From positions 1,862-65,861 of the forward strand of contig CAWIIS010000008.1 of assembly GCA_963836175.1 (NCBI GenBank): a DNA stretch of 64,000 bases, written 5' to 3'. Origin of the DNA: Nitrospirota bacterium. GTDB lineage: Bacteria; Nitrospirota; UBA9217. Under the pieces are notes generated by a model that was given only the letters and a program-made list of their open reading frames with translations, did no database searches and had not been told where the DNA came from. The position numbers and the translations under genes were made by a program. Positions 11,715 through 21,755 of this stretch are shown here, one piece after another. Numbering within the stretch: the stretch's first letter is position 1; every line of letters begins with the position of its first letter.

Positions 11715-12434
11715 ATGGTCAACGATGATATCGTCGCCAGACCGCAGGAATTGACCGCTGAGAATATCGGGAAAATTCCGACGACGTTCGAGCGAAACGA
11801 AACCGTGCGCATTGAGGCGTTCAGTGACGGCGTTTTTGCCATTGCCATAACACTGCTGGTCCTCGGGATCAATGTGCCGAGGATTCGCGAACTTGGTGCA
11901 GGCGGTCTCGGTTCAACGCTGATAAAACAGTGGCCCCATTATCTTGCCTTCGTGACAAGCTTCATTACGATCCTTGCCATGTGGGTAAACCACCACCGGA
12001 TCTTCAGTTTTATCCGCAGCACCGATCATCCTTTCCTGTATTGGAACGGCTTGTTGCTGCTGTTTATAACGTTCATGCCCTTTCCAACGGCCCTGCTCGC
12101 GGAATACCTCCTGCACCCCGAAGCCAAGGTTGCGGGAGCGGTCTTTGCCGGCACCTACGTTGCGATCGCCTTTGCGTTCAAGGGCATGTGGCATCACGCG
12201 TCAAAGAACAAAAGGCTTCTTGCAGAGAACGTCGATGACAGGGAAATTCGACAGATCACCATGCAATACCGGTACGGGCCGCTGATGTACCTTGCGGCGT
12301 TCGCGCTTTCCTTCGTGTCGGTCGGCCTGTGCGTGGGTTTGTGCCTGTGCCTGGCCGTGTTCTTTGCCGTCAAGGGATGGCCAACGCTGAGGTCGGCAGC
12401 GCTGTTTTTACCGCCATTCCCGCGAAAACGGTAA
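11715..12434 (+). CDS. TMEM175/DUF1211-family membrane protein (putative K+ channel)
   Basis: Signature RIEAFSDGVFAIAITLLVL in the first helix, followed by about 6 predicted TM helices. Confidence 0.7.
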   Translation: MVNDDIVARPQELTAENIGKIPTTFERNETVRIEAFSDGVFAIAITLLVLGINVPRIRELGAGGLGSTLIKQWPHYLAFVTSFITILAMWVNHHRIFSFIRSTDHPFLYWNGLLLLFITFMPFPTALLAEYLLHPEAKVAGAVFAGTYVAIAFAFKGMWHHASKNKRLLAENVDDREIRQITMQYRYGPLMYLAAFALSFVSVGLCVGLCLCLAVFFAVKGWPTLRSAALFLPPFPRKR

Positions 12435-12457
12435 CCGGGAGCAAGAGGTATTTGTCC

Positions 12458-13537
12458 ATGACCGAACAGGCTAATTCTCACGGAGGATTCCGCTTCCTCG
12501 TCATCGCGGCCGCGCTGGTGATCATCATCGGGGGCATCAATCAGGCGCAGTCGGTCCTGGTGTCCTTCCTGATTGCTGTTTTCCTCGCCATGCTCGGGAC
12601 GCCGCCGGTGCTCTGGCTCGAGCGGAAACGCGTTCCCTCCGTTGCCGCGGTGCTGCTCGTGGTGGCCGGCATGGTCGCCGTCCTGCTGATCGTCGGTGCG
12701 ATCGTAGGCGCGTCCATCAACAGCTTTTATACCGAATTGCCTGTGTATCAGGCCCGTTTTCAGGAGCACGTTGCCGCATTCCAGTCGTTTCTTGCGACCA
12801 AAGGTATCCGGGGCATGGACAAGGTCCTGCTCGGATATGTGAAGCCAGGGGCGGTGATGAGCCTGACCGCCCGCTTGTTCGCGGAGTTGGGATCGGCGCT
12901 TTCAGACATTGTCCTGATCCTGCTCACCGTAGCCTTCATCCTGTTCGAGGCCACAAGCTTTCCCGTCAAGCTCCGCGCAGTCCTCGGCGATCCTCATCAG
13001 GTATTTCCCCAGTTCACCAGGTTCTTCGGTGATATCGAACGCTACATGGTCATCAAGACGCTCATCAGTCTGGCCACGGGACTCCTGATAGGGATATGGC
13101 TGTCCATTCTCGGCGTGGATTTTCCCGTTCTCTGGGGTTTCCTGGCCTTCCTGCTCAACTATGTGCCGAGTGTCGGCTCCACGATCGCCGCCATTCCCGC
13201 GGTCCTTCTTGCCCTTATCCAATTGGGGATGGTCCGCGCAGTCATGGCAATGGCAGGATATATGGCCGTTAACTTCATCCTGGACAACGTGATTGAAACA
13301 AGGCTCATGGGGCGGAAGCTCGGACTGTCCACGCTGGTTGTCTTTCTCTCGCTGATCTTTTGGGGAAGCCTGCTCGGTCCGGTCGGCATGGTCCTGTGCA
13401 TACCGCTTACCATGACCCTGAAGTTCGCATGCGAGAACAATAAGGGCACACAATGGATCGCGGTATTGCTCGGGCCCGAAGCGCCCATTGAAAGCGTTCC
13501 AGGGGTGTCGAAAATAAAGGCCGATCCCGAGGCGTGA
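12458..13537 (+). CDS. AI-2E family transporter (PerM/UPF0118)
   Basis: Polytopic membrane protein. Conserved stretch FLLNYVPSVGSTIAAIPAVLLALIQ is typical of the family. Start chosen at ATG 12458, after the stop of the upstream gene. Confidence 0.7.
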   Translation: MTEQANSHGGFRFLVIAAALVIIIGGINQAQSVLVSFLIAVFLAMLGTPPVLWLERKRVPSVAAVLLVVAGMVAVLLIVGAIVGASINSFYTELPVYQARFQEHVAAFQSFLATKGIRGMDKVLLGYVKPGAVMSLTARLFAELGSALSDIVLILLTVAFILFEATSFPVKLRAVLGDPHQVFPQFTRFFGDIERYMVIKTLISLATGLLIGIWLSILGVDFPVLWGFLAFLLNYVPSVGSTIAAIPAVLLALIQLGMVRAVMAMAGYMAVNFILDNVIETRLMGRKLGLSTLVVFLSLIFWGSLLGPVGMVLCIPLTMTLKFACENNKGTQWIAVLLGPEAPIESVPGVSKIKADPEA

Positions 13538-13614
13538 GGCGCAAGGGGGAAAACGTTGGTGCGGCCAAGTCAGGTTTTTGAAGAGAAATACCCTATGCGC
13601 CCCTCGGAGCTATT

Positions 13615-14607
13615 GTGATTAAATTTGCGGTCGTTTTTTTTAGCCTGCTGTTTTTTGCCGTCAATGGCAACGCACGTGGGCTTTTTGCGCAAAATGACTT
13701 TGCGAAGGCAGTCCAGCGGGCTGCTACGGTGAGCGAGCCCCACGACGCGAATAATCCTGAAAACACGCTGCCCCCTGAGCAGCAACAGGAATCTCAGCAA
13801 AGCGCGGACCCTGGAAAAAAAAGGAACAGCCCTGTTTCCGCGCACAAACAGAATTATTTTTCACTGAATCGTTGGCCAGGGAACGAGAACGCACAGCTCA
13901 AGTATCAGATAAGCATGAAATTCCAGGTGCTGAAGCCGAACTTATATGTACTCAAGTATAACCTTTTCCCGGCCTATGTTGCATATACGCAGAAGTCACT
14001 CTGGAACATAAATCAGGAGTCAAGGCCTGTTGAGGAAAGCAATTATAACCCGGAGATTTTTTTAGATTATCCGGTCAACGCCACGATCGTCGGCCGGCTT
14101 AAACTGCGCACGGTAGTCATCAGTCCCCTCGAGCATGAATCGAACGGCCTCGCCGGCCTCCAGTCACGAAGCTGGAACAGGCAATATGTTCTGATCAAGT
14201 TCGGACTCGAGTCAAAGGAAAAACTGGAAGTAACGAATTCCTTTCTGTCGGACAAGGCGTTAGTGTATGTCAAGCTCTGGCATGCATCGGGTTATTCCGC
14301 CCAGGATGACTATCTCCGATCTGTCGGCAGCAGCGATAAATTCCTCGACTACATGGGGCAGGGGGAAATCGGGGCAGGCGTCAGGAACTTCCTCTGGAGG
14401 GGAAGCTTAAAGGACCATCAACTGGACATAAAAACGCCGATATTCCGCTCTAAACGCAAAAATTCTTACAGATTCGAATTCCGGCAGCAGCTTCCGAACA
14501 TGAATTTCGCGCTGTACCTGCAGTACTGGTATGGCTACGGAGAAACCCTGCTGCGATTCGATCAGTTCGGATGCAGAGGTTTTGCCGGGCTCGCTTTTTC
14601 TTATTAG
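13615..14607 (+). CDS. pldA: Outer-membrane phospholipase A (PldA/OMPLA family)
   Basis: Signal peptide. KYQISMKFQV beta-strand pattern, YNPEIFL, and the catalytic-type motif LEHESNG followed by SRSWNR. Confidence 0.7.
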   Translation: MIKFAVVFFSLLFFAVNGNARGLFAQNDFAKAVQRAATVSEPHDANNPENTLPPEQQQESQQSADPGKKRNSPVSAHKQNYFSLNRWPGNENAQLKYQISMKFQVLKPNLYVLKYNLFPAYVAYTQKSLWNINQESRPVEESNYNPEIFLDYPVNATIVGRLKLRTVVISPLEHESNGLAGLQSRSWNRQYVLIKFGLESKEKLEVTNSFLSDKALVYVKLWHASGYSAQDDYLRSVGSSDKFLDYMGQGEIGAGVRNFLWRGSLKDHQLDIKTPIFRSKRKNSYRFEFRQQLPNMNFALYLQYWYGYGETLLRFDQFGCRGFAGLAFSY

Positions 14608-14805
14608 CGGCATATGCAGAAGCGACGGGGCATTTCAATTGCCGCTATACTGTAACTATGTTCCAAAACAAGGACCCGACTGGACAAGTCCGCATCTTTC
14701 TGCCCGGAAAAATGATGAAGATATGAATCATAAACGGCGATTCGAAAGGTTCGGCGGCAATCTTCCGGAGCAGAAAACATGGTCTTGTGTGAAGGGAGTG
14801 ATTAC

Positions 14806-16689
14806 ATGTTCATCCAGGAAGACTATTTCAAAAACATTTTTAACACCGTTCGAGAGGCCATTCTCATACTTGATGAGAATATGAACGTTCTGTCCGCCAA
14901 TCGCAGTTTTTTCGTAACATTCAAAGTAGATTCCGCAAATACACTCGGCTCTCTGCTATACAATCTGGGGAACGGACAGTGGAACATCCCGCACCTTCGC
15001 AAGCTGCTCGAGGAGGTCCTTCCGAAGAACGACACCGTTGATGACTACGAAATCGAACATAATTTTGAGAGCATCGGACATAAAACCATGCTCCTGAACG
15101 CCTGCAAAATCAGAGAGAAGAAAAACGATCTTCCGATAATCCTCCTCGCCATCGAGGACATCACGGAGCGCAAGCGGCTTGAGGACCTGCTGGCGGAATC
15201 CGAGGAACGCTACCGGCGGATTTTTGAGACGGCAAACGACGGGATAGTGCTGCTCGATAAACGGAAAGGGACCATAACCCACGCGAATCCAGCCACCGCG
15301 AAAATGCTGGGTTATTCCGAGGAGGAGTGCGTCGGGAAAAGCCTTCAAGATATCGGCGTATCGCTCGACATGAGCGATTTTCCGGCGATCATGCTGGTTT
15401 TGAACAGGAGCGGCATTATTAATTATGACGATGTCCAGATTAAAACCAAGTCCGGAAACACCATCGACACGGATATATACATGGTCGACAGGGCACGGCT
15501 TGCGCAATGTAATATCCGCGAAGTCACTGAACGCAAAAAACTTGAAGAGCAGCTCCGACAGGCCCACAAGATGGAAGCTGTCGGACTTCTTGCCGGCGGG
15601 ATTGCGCATGATTTCAACAATATCCTGTCAGCTATCATAGGGTATGGATATATCCTGCAAACGAAAATGTACAGCGACGATCCTCTGCGAGAGCACGTGG
15701 ACCAGATACTTCTCTCGGCAGACAGGGCCGCCGAGGTTACCCACAGCCTTCTGGCTTTCAGCAGAAAACAGGTGTTGAATCCTAAACCGATCAACATCAA
15801 TGCCATGATAAGGAGGTTCGAAAAGCTGCTTTCCAGACTCATCGGTGAAGATATCGAGTTCCGTACTCATTTTACCGGCAAAAAGATAATCAGTATGGTT
15901 GACGCGGGTCAGATTGAGCAGGTGCTTCTCAACCTTGCAACGAACGCCAGGGACGCTATGCCGCAGGGAGGACGCCTTACTCTGGATACACAACTCGCGG
16001 AGCTGGATGATGCCTTTATTCGAATTCACGGGTACGGTGAACCTGGAATGTTTGCGGTCATTTCAGTGTCTGATACCGGCAGCGGAATGGGAAAAGAGAC
16101 CATGGCCAAGATATTCGAGCCTTTTTTTACTACCAAAGAGGCCGGAAAGGGCACAGGGCTTGGTCTTGCGATGGCATACGGCATCATCAAACAGCACAGA
16201 GGCTATATCAATGTTTACAGTGAGCCTGAAAAGGGTACGACCTTCAGGATATATCTCCCTGCGATCAAATCACCGGAAGAAGTCACAGCTACAGCCGCAA
16301 TTGAACCGCTTCCCTCGCAAGGGAACGAGACGATCCTTGTGGCAGAGGATGACAGTGCATTAAGAGAGCTTTTTTCAACAGTACTTCAGGAATATGGCTA
16401 TACCGTAATTCTCGCTGAAGATGGCGAGGACGCAATAAGAACGTTTAAGGACAATAAAGATAAAATTCAACTGGTCATGCTTGATATGATCATGCCGAAG
16501 AAAAGCGGCAAAGAAGCGTACGACGCAATAAAAAAGATGAGGCCCGGCATAAAGACCCTCTTTTCCAGCGGCTACACAGCGGACAGGATAAATAAGGACA
16601 GTATGCGTAAGGAAGGATTCGATTTCATCATGAAGCCGGTATCGCCGAAGGACCTTTTGAGAAAGATACGGGAAGTACTGGATAAATGA
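14806..16689 (+). CDS. Hybrid sensor histidine kinase (PAS, PAS, HisKA, HATPase_c, REC)
   Basis: H-box GGIAHDFNNILSAIIGY. N-box NLATNARDAM. G-boxes DTGSGM and GTGLGL. Receiver ILVAEDD...MLDMIMPKKSG...MKPV. GGGAG RBS before ATG 14806. Confidence 0.85.
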   Translation: MFIQEDYFKNIFNTVREAILILDENMNVLSANRSFFVTFKVDSANTLGSLLYNLGNGQWNIPHLRKLLEEVLPKNDTVDDYEIEHNFESIGHKTMLLNACKIREKKNDLPIILLAIEDITERKRLEDLLAESEERYRRIFETANDGIVLLDKRKGTITHANPATAKMLGYSEEECVGKSLQDIGVSLDMSDFPAIMLVLNRSGIINYDDVQIKTKSGNTIDTDIYMVDRARLAQCNIREVTERKKLEEQLRQAHKMEAVGLLAGGIAHDFNNILSAIIGYGYILQTKMYSDDPLREHVDQILLSADRAAEVTHSLLAFSRKQVLNPKPININAMIRRFEKLLSRLIGEDIEFRTHFTGKKIISMVDAGQIEQVLLNLATNARDAMPQGGRLTLDTQLAELDDAFIRIHGYGEPGMFAVISVSDTGSGMGKETMAKIFEPFFTTKEAGKGTGLGLAMAYGIIKQHRGYINVYSEPEKGTTFRIYLPAIKSPEEVTATAAIEPLPSQGNETILVAEDDSALRELFSTVLQEYGYTVILAEDGEDAIRTFKDNKDKIQLVMLDMIMPKKSGKEAYDAIKKMRPGIKTLFSSGYTADRINKDSMRKEGFDFIMKPVSPKDLLRKIREVLDK

Positions 16690-16785
16690 CCAGGGGGATG
16701 ATGTAAGTCAGATCATCGGGATTTTCAGCCCCGGGAAGGAAATACTCCTTGCGCGCGCAGATGACAGGTAACTGCAAAAATAAGC

Positions 16786-18437
16786 ATGGGCGTGTCGGGA
16801 GAGGCGAAGCAGATGAGTAAACAAAGAGTCGAATGGATCTACCGGTTGAAGAACAGGACCCTTGTCGGGATATTGGGTCTGCTGGCGGTCTTCATTTTCG
16901 CGGCGCTGCTATTTGTCGTTATGACGCTCCGGGGCAGCCTGCACCATGACAGCCGGATCAAGACGCAGGAACTGGGCGATGCAATAAAGTCCGGCTTGAC
17001 GACCATGATGTTAAGGAGAGACCCCGCGGTGATCCAGGAAACCTTCGACAATATGAAGAAAACCGCTCATTCGGTAGCAAAGGCCTTTATCGTCGATAAA
17101 AACGGCAGAATAGCGTTTTCAACCGAAAGAAATGAGATAGGAACGATCCTGGACAAATTTAACGAGCCCTCCTGTACGGGTTGCCATCAACCGACAGGTA
17201 TTGCGCATAATGAAATGACGATACTGACCAGGACGGCGGGTGGTGAGCGAATCCAGAGGAATGCATGGGTGATTTACAACGAAAAAGCCTGTCATGGCTG
17301 CCATGCAAAAGCCGACCGCATCAACGGGAAACTCATTATCGACCGCTCGGTGGAAGACACGCATTCGCTGATTGTCAGGACGGAGTTGCTGATTTTCGCT
17401 TCAGGTCTCGGCTGTTTTATTCTTATAATCCCGTTTTTATCGAGGAAGCTCAACAAATACATCCTGGAAATAGTGAGTATGAACAGTCAGCTTACCCTGC
17501 TGCTCAGCGTGGCGGAACGTCTCAGCAGGTCTATCGAGATCAGGGAACTGAGCGTATTAGTCGCCGATATTGTCCGGGACTGGTTTGAAGCAGATATCGT
17601 TGATATCGTATTCCCGAGGGGAAAGGATGATTACCGGGCCTACCAGTGGTCCGGCGGCGAAGAAAGAATTGAGCGGAAAAATGTCGAAATGGACGAACCG
17701 CTGCATTTGATGATACACGAATGGCTCGGCGGGAAACTCGATAAAGAAAAGATATCCGATGACGGAAAACAGGTGTATCTGCCCGTTAAAAAGGGCGATA
17801 CCCGTCTCGCGCTCATTGCGTTCGTCAGGCATGACAAACCGATCGATCCCCGGCGACTTGAACTCCTCACTGTCGTGTCTGATTTTATGTCGATGGCCTT
17901 TGAGAACGCGCGCCTCTATTCCGTTGCAATAACCGATGAACTGACCCTTCTTTTCACCACAAGACATTTCAGGCGTTGCATTGACCGGGAATTGTCGGAG
18001 CATGAAAAGCACGGCCGGGAGTTTGCCCTGCTTATGCTGGATATTGACGATTTCAAGCGGGTAAACGACACCTGCGGACATTTGGCCGGCGATGCAGTGC
18101 TCAAAGAGGTCGCGCAATGTCTGCTGCAATCGACAAGAGATAACGACCTTGTCTTTCGCTACGGCGGCGAGGAATTTGTCGCGCTGCTCCCTGCAACCGA
18201 TGCCAGGGGGGGGCGCTGGTTGCGGAGAGGATAAGAAAGGTGGTAGAAGTCTTTGTTTTTGACAAGGAAGCGAATACCCTGAAGATCACGGTGAGCATCG
18301 GGGTTTCGGTCTGTCCGGTGAATGCAAATACCGCGAGAGCGCTTCTGGCTTCCGCGGACCGTGCTCTCTATAAGGCCAAAGAAACAGGGAAAAACAGGGT
18401 TGTTGCAAGTCAGGACCGGCCGCCTTCTCCCCGATAG
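16786..18437 (+). CDS. Diguanylate cyclase with periplasmic di-haem (2x CXXCH) sensor domain, GAF and GGDEF; frameshifted in a G8 run at 18206-18213
   Basis: TM1, then CTGCH (17173-17187) and CHGCH (17290-17304), then TM2, a GAF-like region and the GGDEF domain (RYGGEEF). The C-terminal 65 aa (ITVSIGVS...ADRALYKAKETGKNR) lie in ORF 18240-18437 in another frame. Confidence 0.75.
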
Positions 18438-18467
18438 TGCTCAAAGGAGGGCGCGGGAAGGACGAAC

Positions 18468-19292
18468 GTGACGAAGATACTTCGCTATTTAAGAAGAATA
18501 GGGTGTCCGGTTGCCTTGTGCCCGTTTGTTCTCGGAATGCTGCTTTTCCCCGGCGTGTTGAGAGCGGAGGAACAGGCAACCGCCTCTATCCAGCCGCTCA
18601 TTGCGGCATTGAAGCCGGGAGAAACGCTGACCTACGATATCAGCTGGTCCAGGATCGTCACGGCAGGAACCGCCGTCATGGAGATCAAAGAGGAAACGCT
18701 GCCGGATGGGAAGCAGGTCCTCAAATTCATCGCGACAACACACTCCGCGGGCCTCGTGCATAAGTTCTATCCGGTGAACGACAGGCTGGAGAGCGTCTTT
18801 GACCCGGTGAGCATGCAAAGCCTCAAGTTCAGCCTCAACGAAAGCCACGGCAAGAAAAAAAGACGCCGCGAGCTGGTCTTCGATAGCGCAAATAAGACAG
18901 TCATCACCAGGCTGAATGACGACCCGCCGGAGACCGTAATAGTACCCGACCAGGTGCAGGACGCCTTATCGTCGCTCTACTATCTCCGAACACTGGAGGA
19001 CTTTATCGTCGGCAAGGCGATTGTCATTCAGGTTCACGACAGCGGTAAGAACTGGTCCGTTGAAATCCACACGCTGGGCAGGGAGAAGGTGACGACACCG
19101 GTCGGGGAGTTCGATACTATCAAGGTCAGGACCTTTCCCAAGTACGAAGGGGTCTTCATGAACAAGGGAGCGATCTTCTTCTGGCTCACCGACGACAAGC
19201 GGAAAATCCCGGTTCTCATGAAGAGCACAATCTCCATCGGGTCCATCGTGTCCACCCTGAGGAAACTGGAAACGGGCATGGACATGCAATGA
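18468..19292 (+). CDS. DUF3108-like secreted protein
   Basis: Signal peptide, then GETLTYDISWSRIVTAGTAVMEI and further beta-rich repeats reminiscent of DUF3108. Confidence 0.5.
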   Translation: MTKILRYLRRIGCPVALCPFVLGMLLFPGVLRAEEQATASIQPLIAALKPGETLTYDISWSRIVTAGTAVMEIKEETLPDGKQVLKFIATTHSAGLVHKFYPVNDRLESVFDPVSMQSLKFSLNESHGKKKRRRELVFDSANKTVITRLNDDPPETVIVPDQVQDALSSLYYLRTLEDFIVGKAIVIQVHDSGKNWSVEIHTLGREKVTTPVGEFDTIKVRTFPKYEGVFMNKGAIFFWLTDDKRKIPVLMKSTISIGSIVSTLRKLETGMDMQ

Positions 19293-19335
19293 TGGGGCAG
19301 AGAGCGAGCTCGCAACTTCCATCCAGGTAACTACG

Positions 19336-20658
19336 ATGAAGGCCACTGCCATGAAACTGCTCAATTTGATCGTATCCTTGATAATCATCATCGCATCGCT
19401 TGTTTTGTGCCATCAGATTATTTCAAATTCAATCTCCAATCAAAATAACAAAAACGATTATGCCGAGCTCAACCACGTCAAATACGGTCTTTTCAGTGTT
19501 GAAGAATGGAAGCGACAAATTACCGTCATCCTTGCCGAGGAGCTCAATAAGCTGTACTTGTCAAGGGCGGATGAGCGGGAGCTTCGAAAACATGTCGAAG
19601 TTCTGCTGAACAAACTTATTGACCAGGTCGACAAGAAGATCAGGGAGGAGAACGCAGGCTCCGTGTCCGGCTGGTTCAAGCAATCCTTTATAAATTTGTT
19701 TGTCAGTCTGGAGGACATTAAAAAAGGCATTCCTGAATATGCGGATGCCGTCATGCATGAGATGACGAGATCAAAAACAACCGATCAGATAAAGGCCATG
19801 CTGAACAAGCAGCTTGAAAAATATTTCAGCAAAACCTTTGATATACAGGATACCGCACAAATGAGCCGCATCCTTCAGAGCACCGGTTCTCAGGATATCG
19901 AAAGCGCGAGGACCAAGCTCAAGAAGACAATTTCGGCCAAGCAGGACCTGATTGCCAGAGAGGCCATCCTGTTGATCGTTCTGTCGGTCCTCCTATTTGC
20001 TTTTTCCGGTTTCAGCAAGCAACCCCTGGCCCCCTCCCAATACCTGCTCCTCGTTCTGTCGCTCATCCTGCTGCTGATAGTGGGCGTAATCACGCCCATG
20101 ATCGATCTGGAAGCAAAAATATCACGGATGGGTTTTGTATTAATGGGGCATTCTGTCCATTTTGAGGACCAGGTGTTGTATTTCCAATGCAAAAGCATTC
20201 TGGACGTGTTCTGGATCATGATCACGCATAAGGACATTCAGATGAAGTTTGTCGGGGTCTTGCTGATCACCTTCAGTGTTTTTTTCCCTCTGCTGAAACT
20301 GTCCTCGTCACTGGGATATTATTACAATTATCACAATGCAAGGGAGAACCCGGTGATCAAATTTTTTGTCTTAAAATCCGGGAAATGGTCCATGGCCGAT
20401 GTCATGGTGGTCGCCATCTTTATGGCCTATATCGGATTTAACGGGATCATTACCAATCAGTTCGGTCAATTAACCTCGGCAGCAGGCCAGGATCTGGAAA
20501 TCTTAACTACGAACGGCACCTCCCTTCAGCCGGGGTATTACCTGTTCCTGACATACACCCTGTTGGGGTTATTTTTATCGGGATTCCTGACCAGAAAGCC
20601 TGAGGCGAAGGAGCGTAAGAATTCACCGGCTGATCCTGGTCTGCAAGCTGGAGGTTAG
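19336..20658 (+). CDS. Membrane protein with PqiA-like (paraquat-inducible protein A) C-terminal region
   Basis: N-terminal TM plus a coiled soluble part. The C-terminal polytopic region contains FSVFFPLLKL and KWSMADVMVVAIFMAY, resembling the PqiA signature. Visibly lower GC than its neighbours. Confidence 0.45.
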   Translation: MKATAMKLLNLIVSLIIIIASLVLCHQIISNSISNQNNKNDYAELNHVKYGLFSVEEWKRQITVILAEELNKLYLSRADERELRKHVEVLLNKLIDQVDKKIREENAGSVSGWFKQSFINLFVSLEDIKKGIPEYADAVMHEMTRSKTTDQIKAMLNKQLEKYFSKTFDIQDTAQMSRILQSTGSQDIESARTKLKKTISAKQDLIAREAILLIVLSVLLFAFSGFSKQPLAPSQYLLLVLSLILLLIVGVITPMIDLEAKISRMGFVLMGHSVHFEDQVLYFQCKSILDVFWIMITHKDIQMKFVGVLLITFSVFFPLLKLSSSLGYYYNYHNARENPVIKFFVLKSGKWSMADVMVVAIFMAYIGFNGIITNQFGQLTSAAGQDLEILTTNGTSLQPGYYLFLTYTLLGLFLSGFLTRKPEAKERKNSPADPGLQAGG

Positions 20659-20742
20659 GCCCATGAGCCACTGACACTCAAATGGCCGATCGGGCAATCG
20701 CATCGATTTGTGTTGATTCCGAATGAAATTGATGGTTAAACG

Positions 20743-21717
20743 ATGGGAAGTCGGAAAATCACCATAAAAAGAAACAGGCGCGAGAAAAGCAATCTGCCCC
20801 GTTTTCTGTTTCACCCCAGGCAGATAGGGGACCTTATCAGGAAATCCGCAGGGTCGTGGGTGGATGATTATGCCCCGAGTATGGGCGCAGCGCTTGCCTA
20901 CTACACACTGTTCGCGATTGCCCCGCTGCTCATAATCGCCATTGCGGTGGCAGGGCTTGTCTTTGGCCAGGAAGCGGCCCGCGGAGAGATCGTCGCGCAG
21001 ATAGAAGGTCTCATCGGGCGGGAAGGTGCAATCGCGGTGCAGGGCCTGCTGAAAAGCGCCAACGAGCCCGCTCAGAGCATTTTTGCGACGGTTGTCAGCA
21101 TCATTACGCTGCTCATCGGGGCAACGACGGTGTTCGCGGAATTGCAAGACGACCTTGACCGCATCTGGCGCGTTCCCTCCTCCGAGAAAAAGAACACCCT
21201 CTGGACCTTGCTGCGCACGCGTTTGCTTTCTTTCGGCCTCGTGCTGGGACTGGGGTTTCTCATGCTGGTCTCGCTGTTGGTCAGTGCCGCGATCGCCGCG
21301 TTCGGCAGATGGAGCAGTTTATATTTCAAAGGATGGGAAGCGCTTCTGTATTTACTGAATTTCAGCGTTTCTTTCGTTATTACGGCGTCACTCTTTGCGA
21401 TGATCTACAAATTTATGCCGCGGGCGAAAATCGCCTGGCGGGACGTGTGGATCGGCGCGGCGGTAACCGCGCTCTTGTTCGAAATCGGGAAAATCCTCAT
21501 CGGCCTTTATCTGGGCAAAACCAGCGTGGCATCCGGTTTCGGCGCGGCGGGTTCGCTGGTCGTTCTGTTGGTGTGGGTCTATTTCTCGGCGCAGATCTTC
21601 CTGCTCGGGGCCGAGTTTACCTGGGTGTATTCGCACGAGTATGGTTCAAAAGCGGCCCAAACCGGGCAGGAAGCGGCCCCGGCGGTGCCGAGTCGTTCGG
21701 ACGAAACAGAAACATGA
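20743..21717 (+). CDS. YihY/BrkB-family membrane protein
   Basis: N-terminal signature SMGAALAYYTLFAIAPLLIIAIAV, 6 TM helices, and C-terminal VYFSAQIFLLGAEFT. Confidence 0.75.
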   Translation: MGSRKITIKRNRREKSNLPRFLFHPRQIGDLIRKSAGSWVDDYAPSMGAALAYYTLFAIAPLLIIAIAVAGLVFGQEAARGEIVAQIEGLIGREGAIAVQGLLKSANEPAQSIFATVVSIITLLIGATTVFAELQDDLDRIWRVPSSEKKNTLWTLLRTRLLSFGLVLGLGFLMLVSLLVSAAIAAFGRWSSLYFKGWEALLYLLNFSVSFVITASLFAMIYKFMPRAKIAWRDVWIGAAVTALLFEIGKILIGLYLGKTSVASGFGAAGSLVVLLVWVYFSAQIFLLGAEFTWVYSHEYGSKAAQTGQEAAPAVPSRSDETET

Positions 21718-21755
21718 TTTTTACGGATGCGTAAACGTCTTATCCCGAGGGTAGC

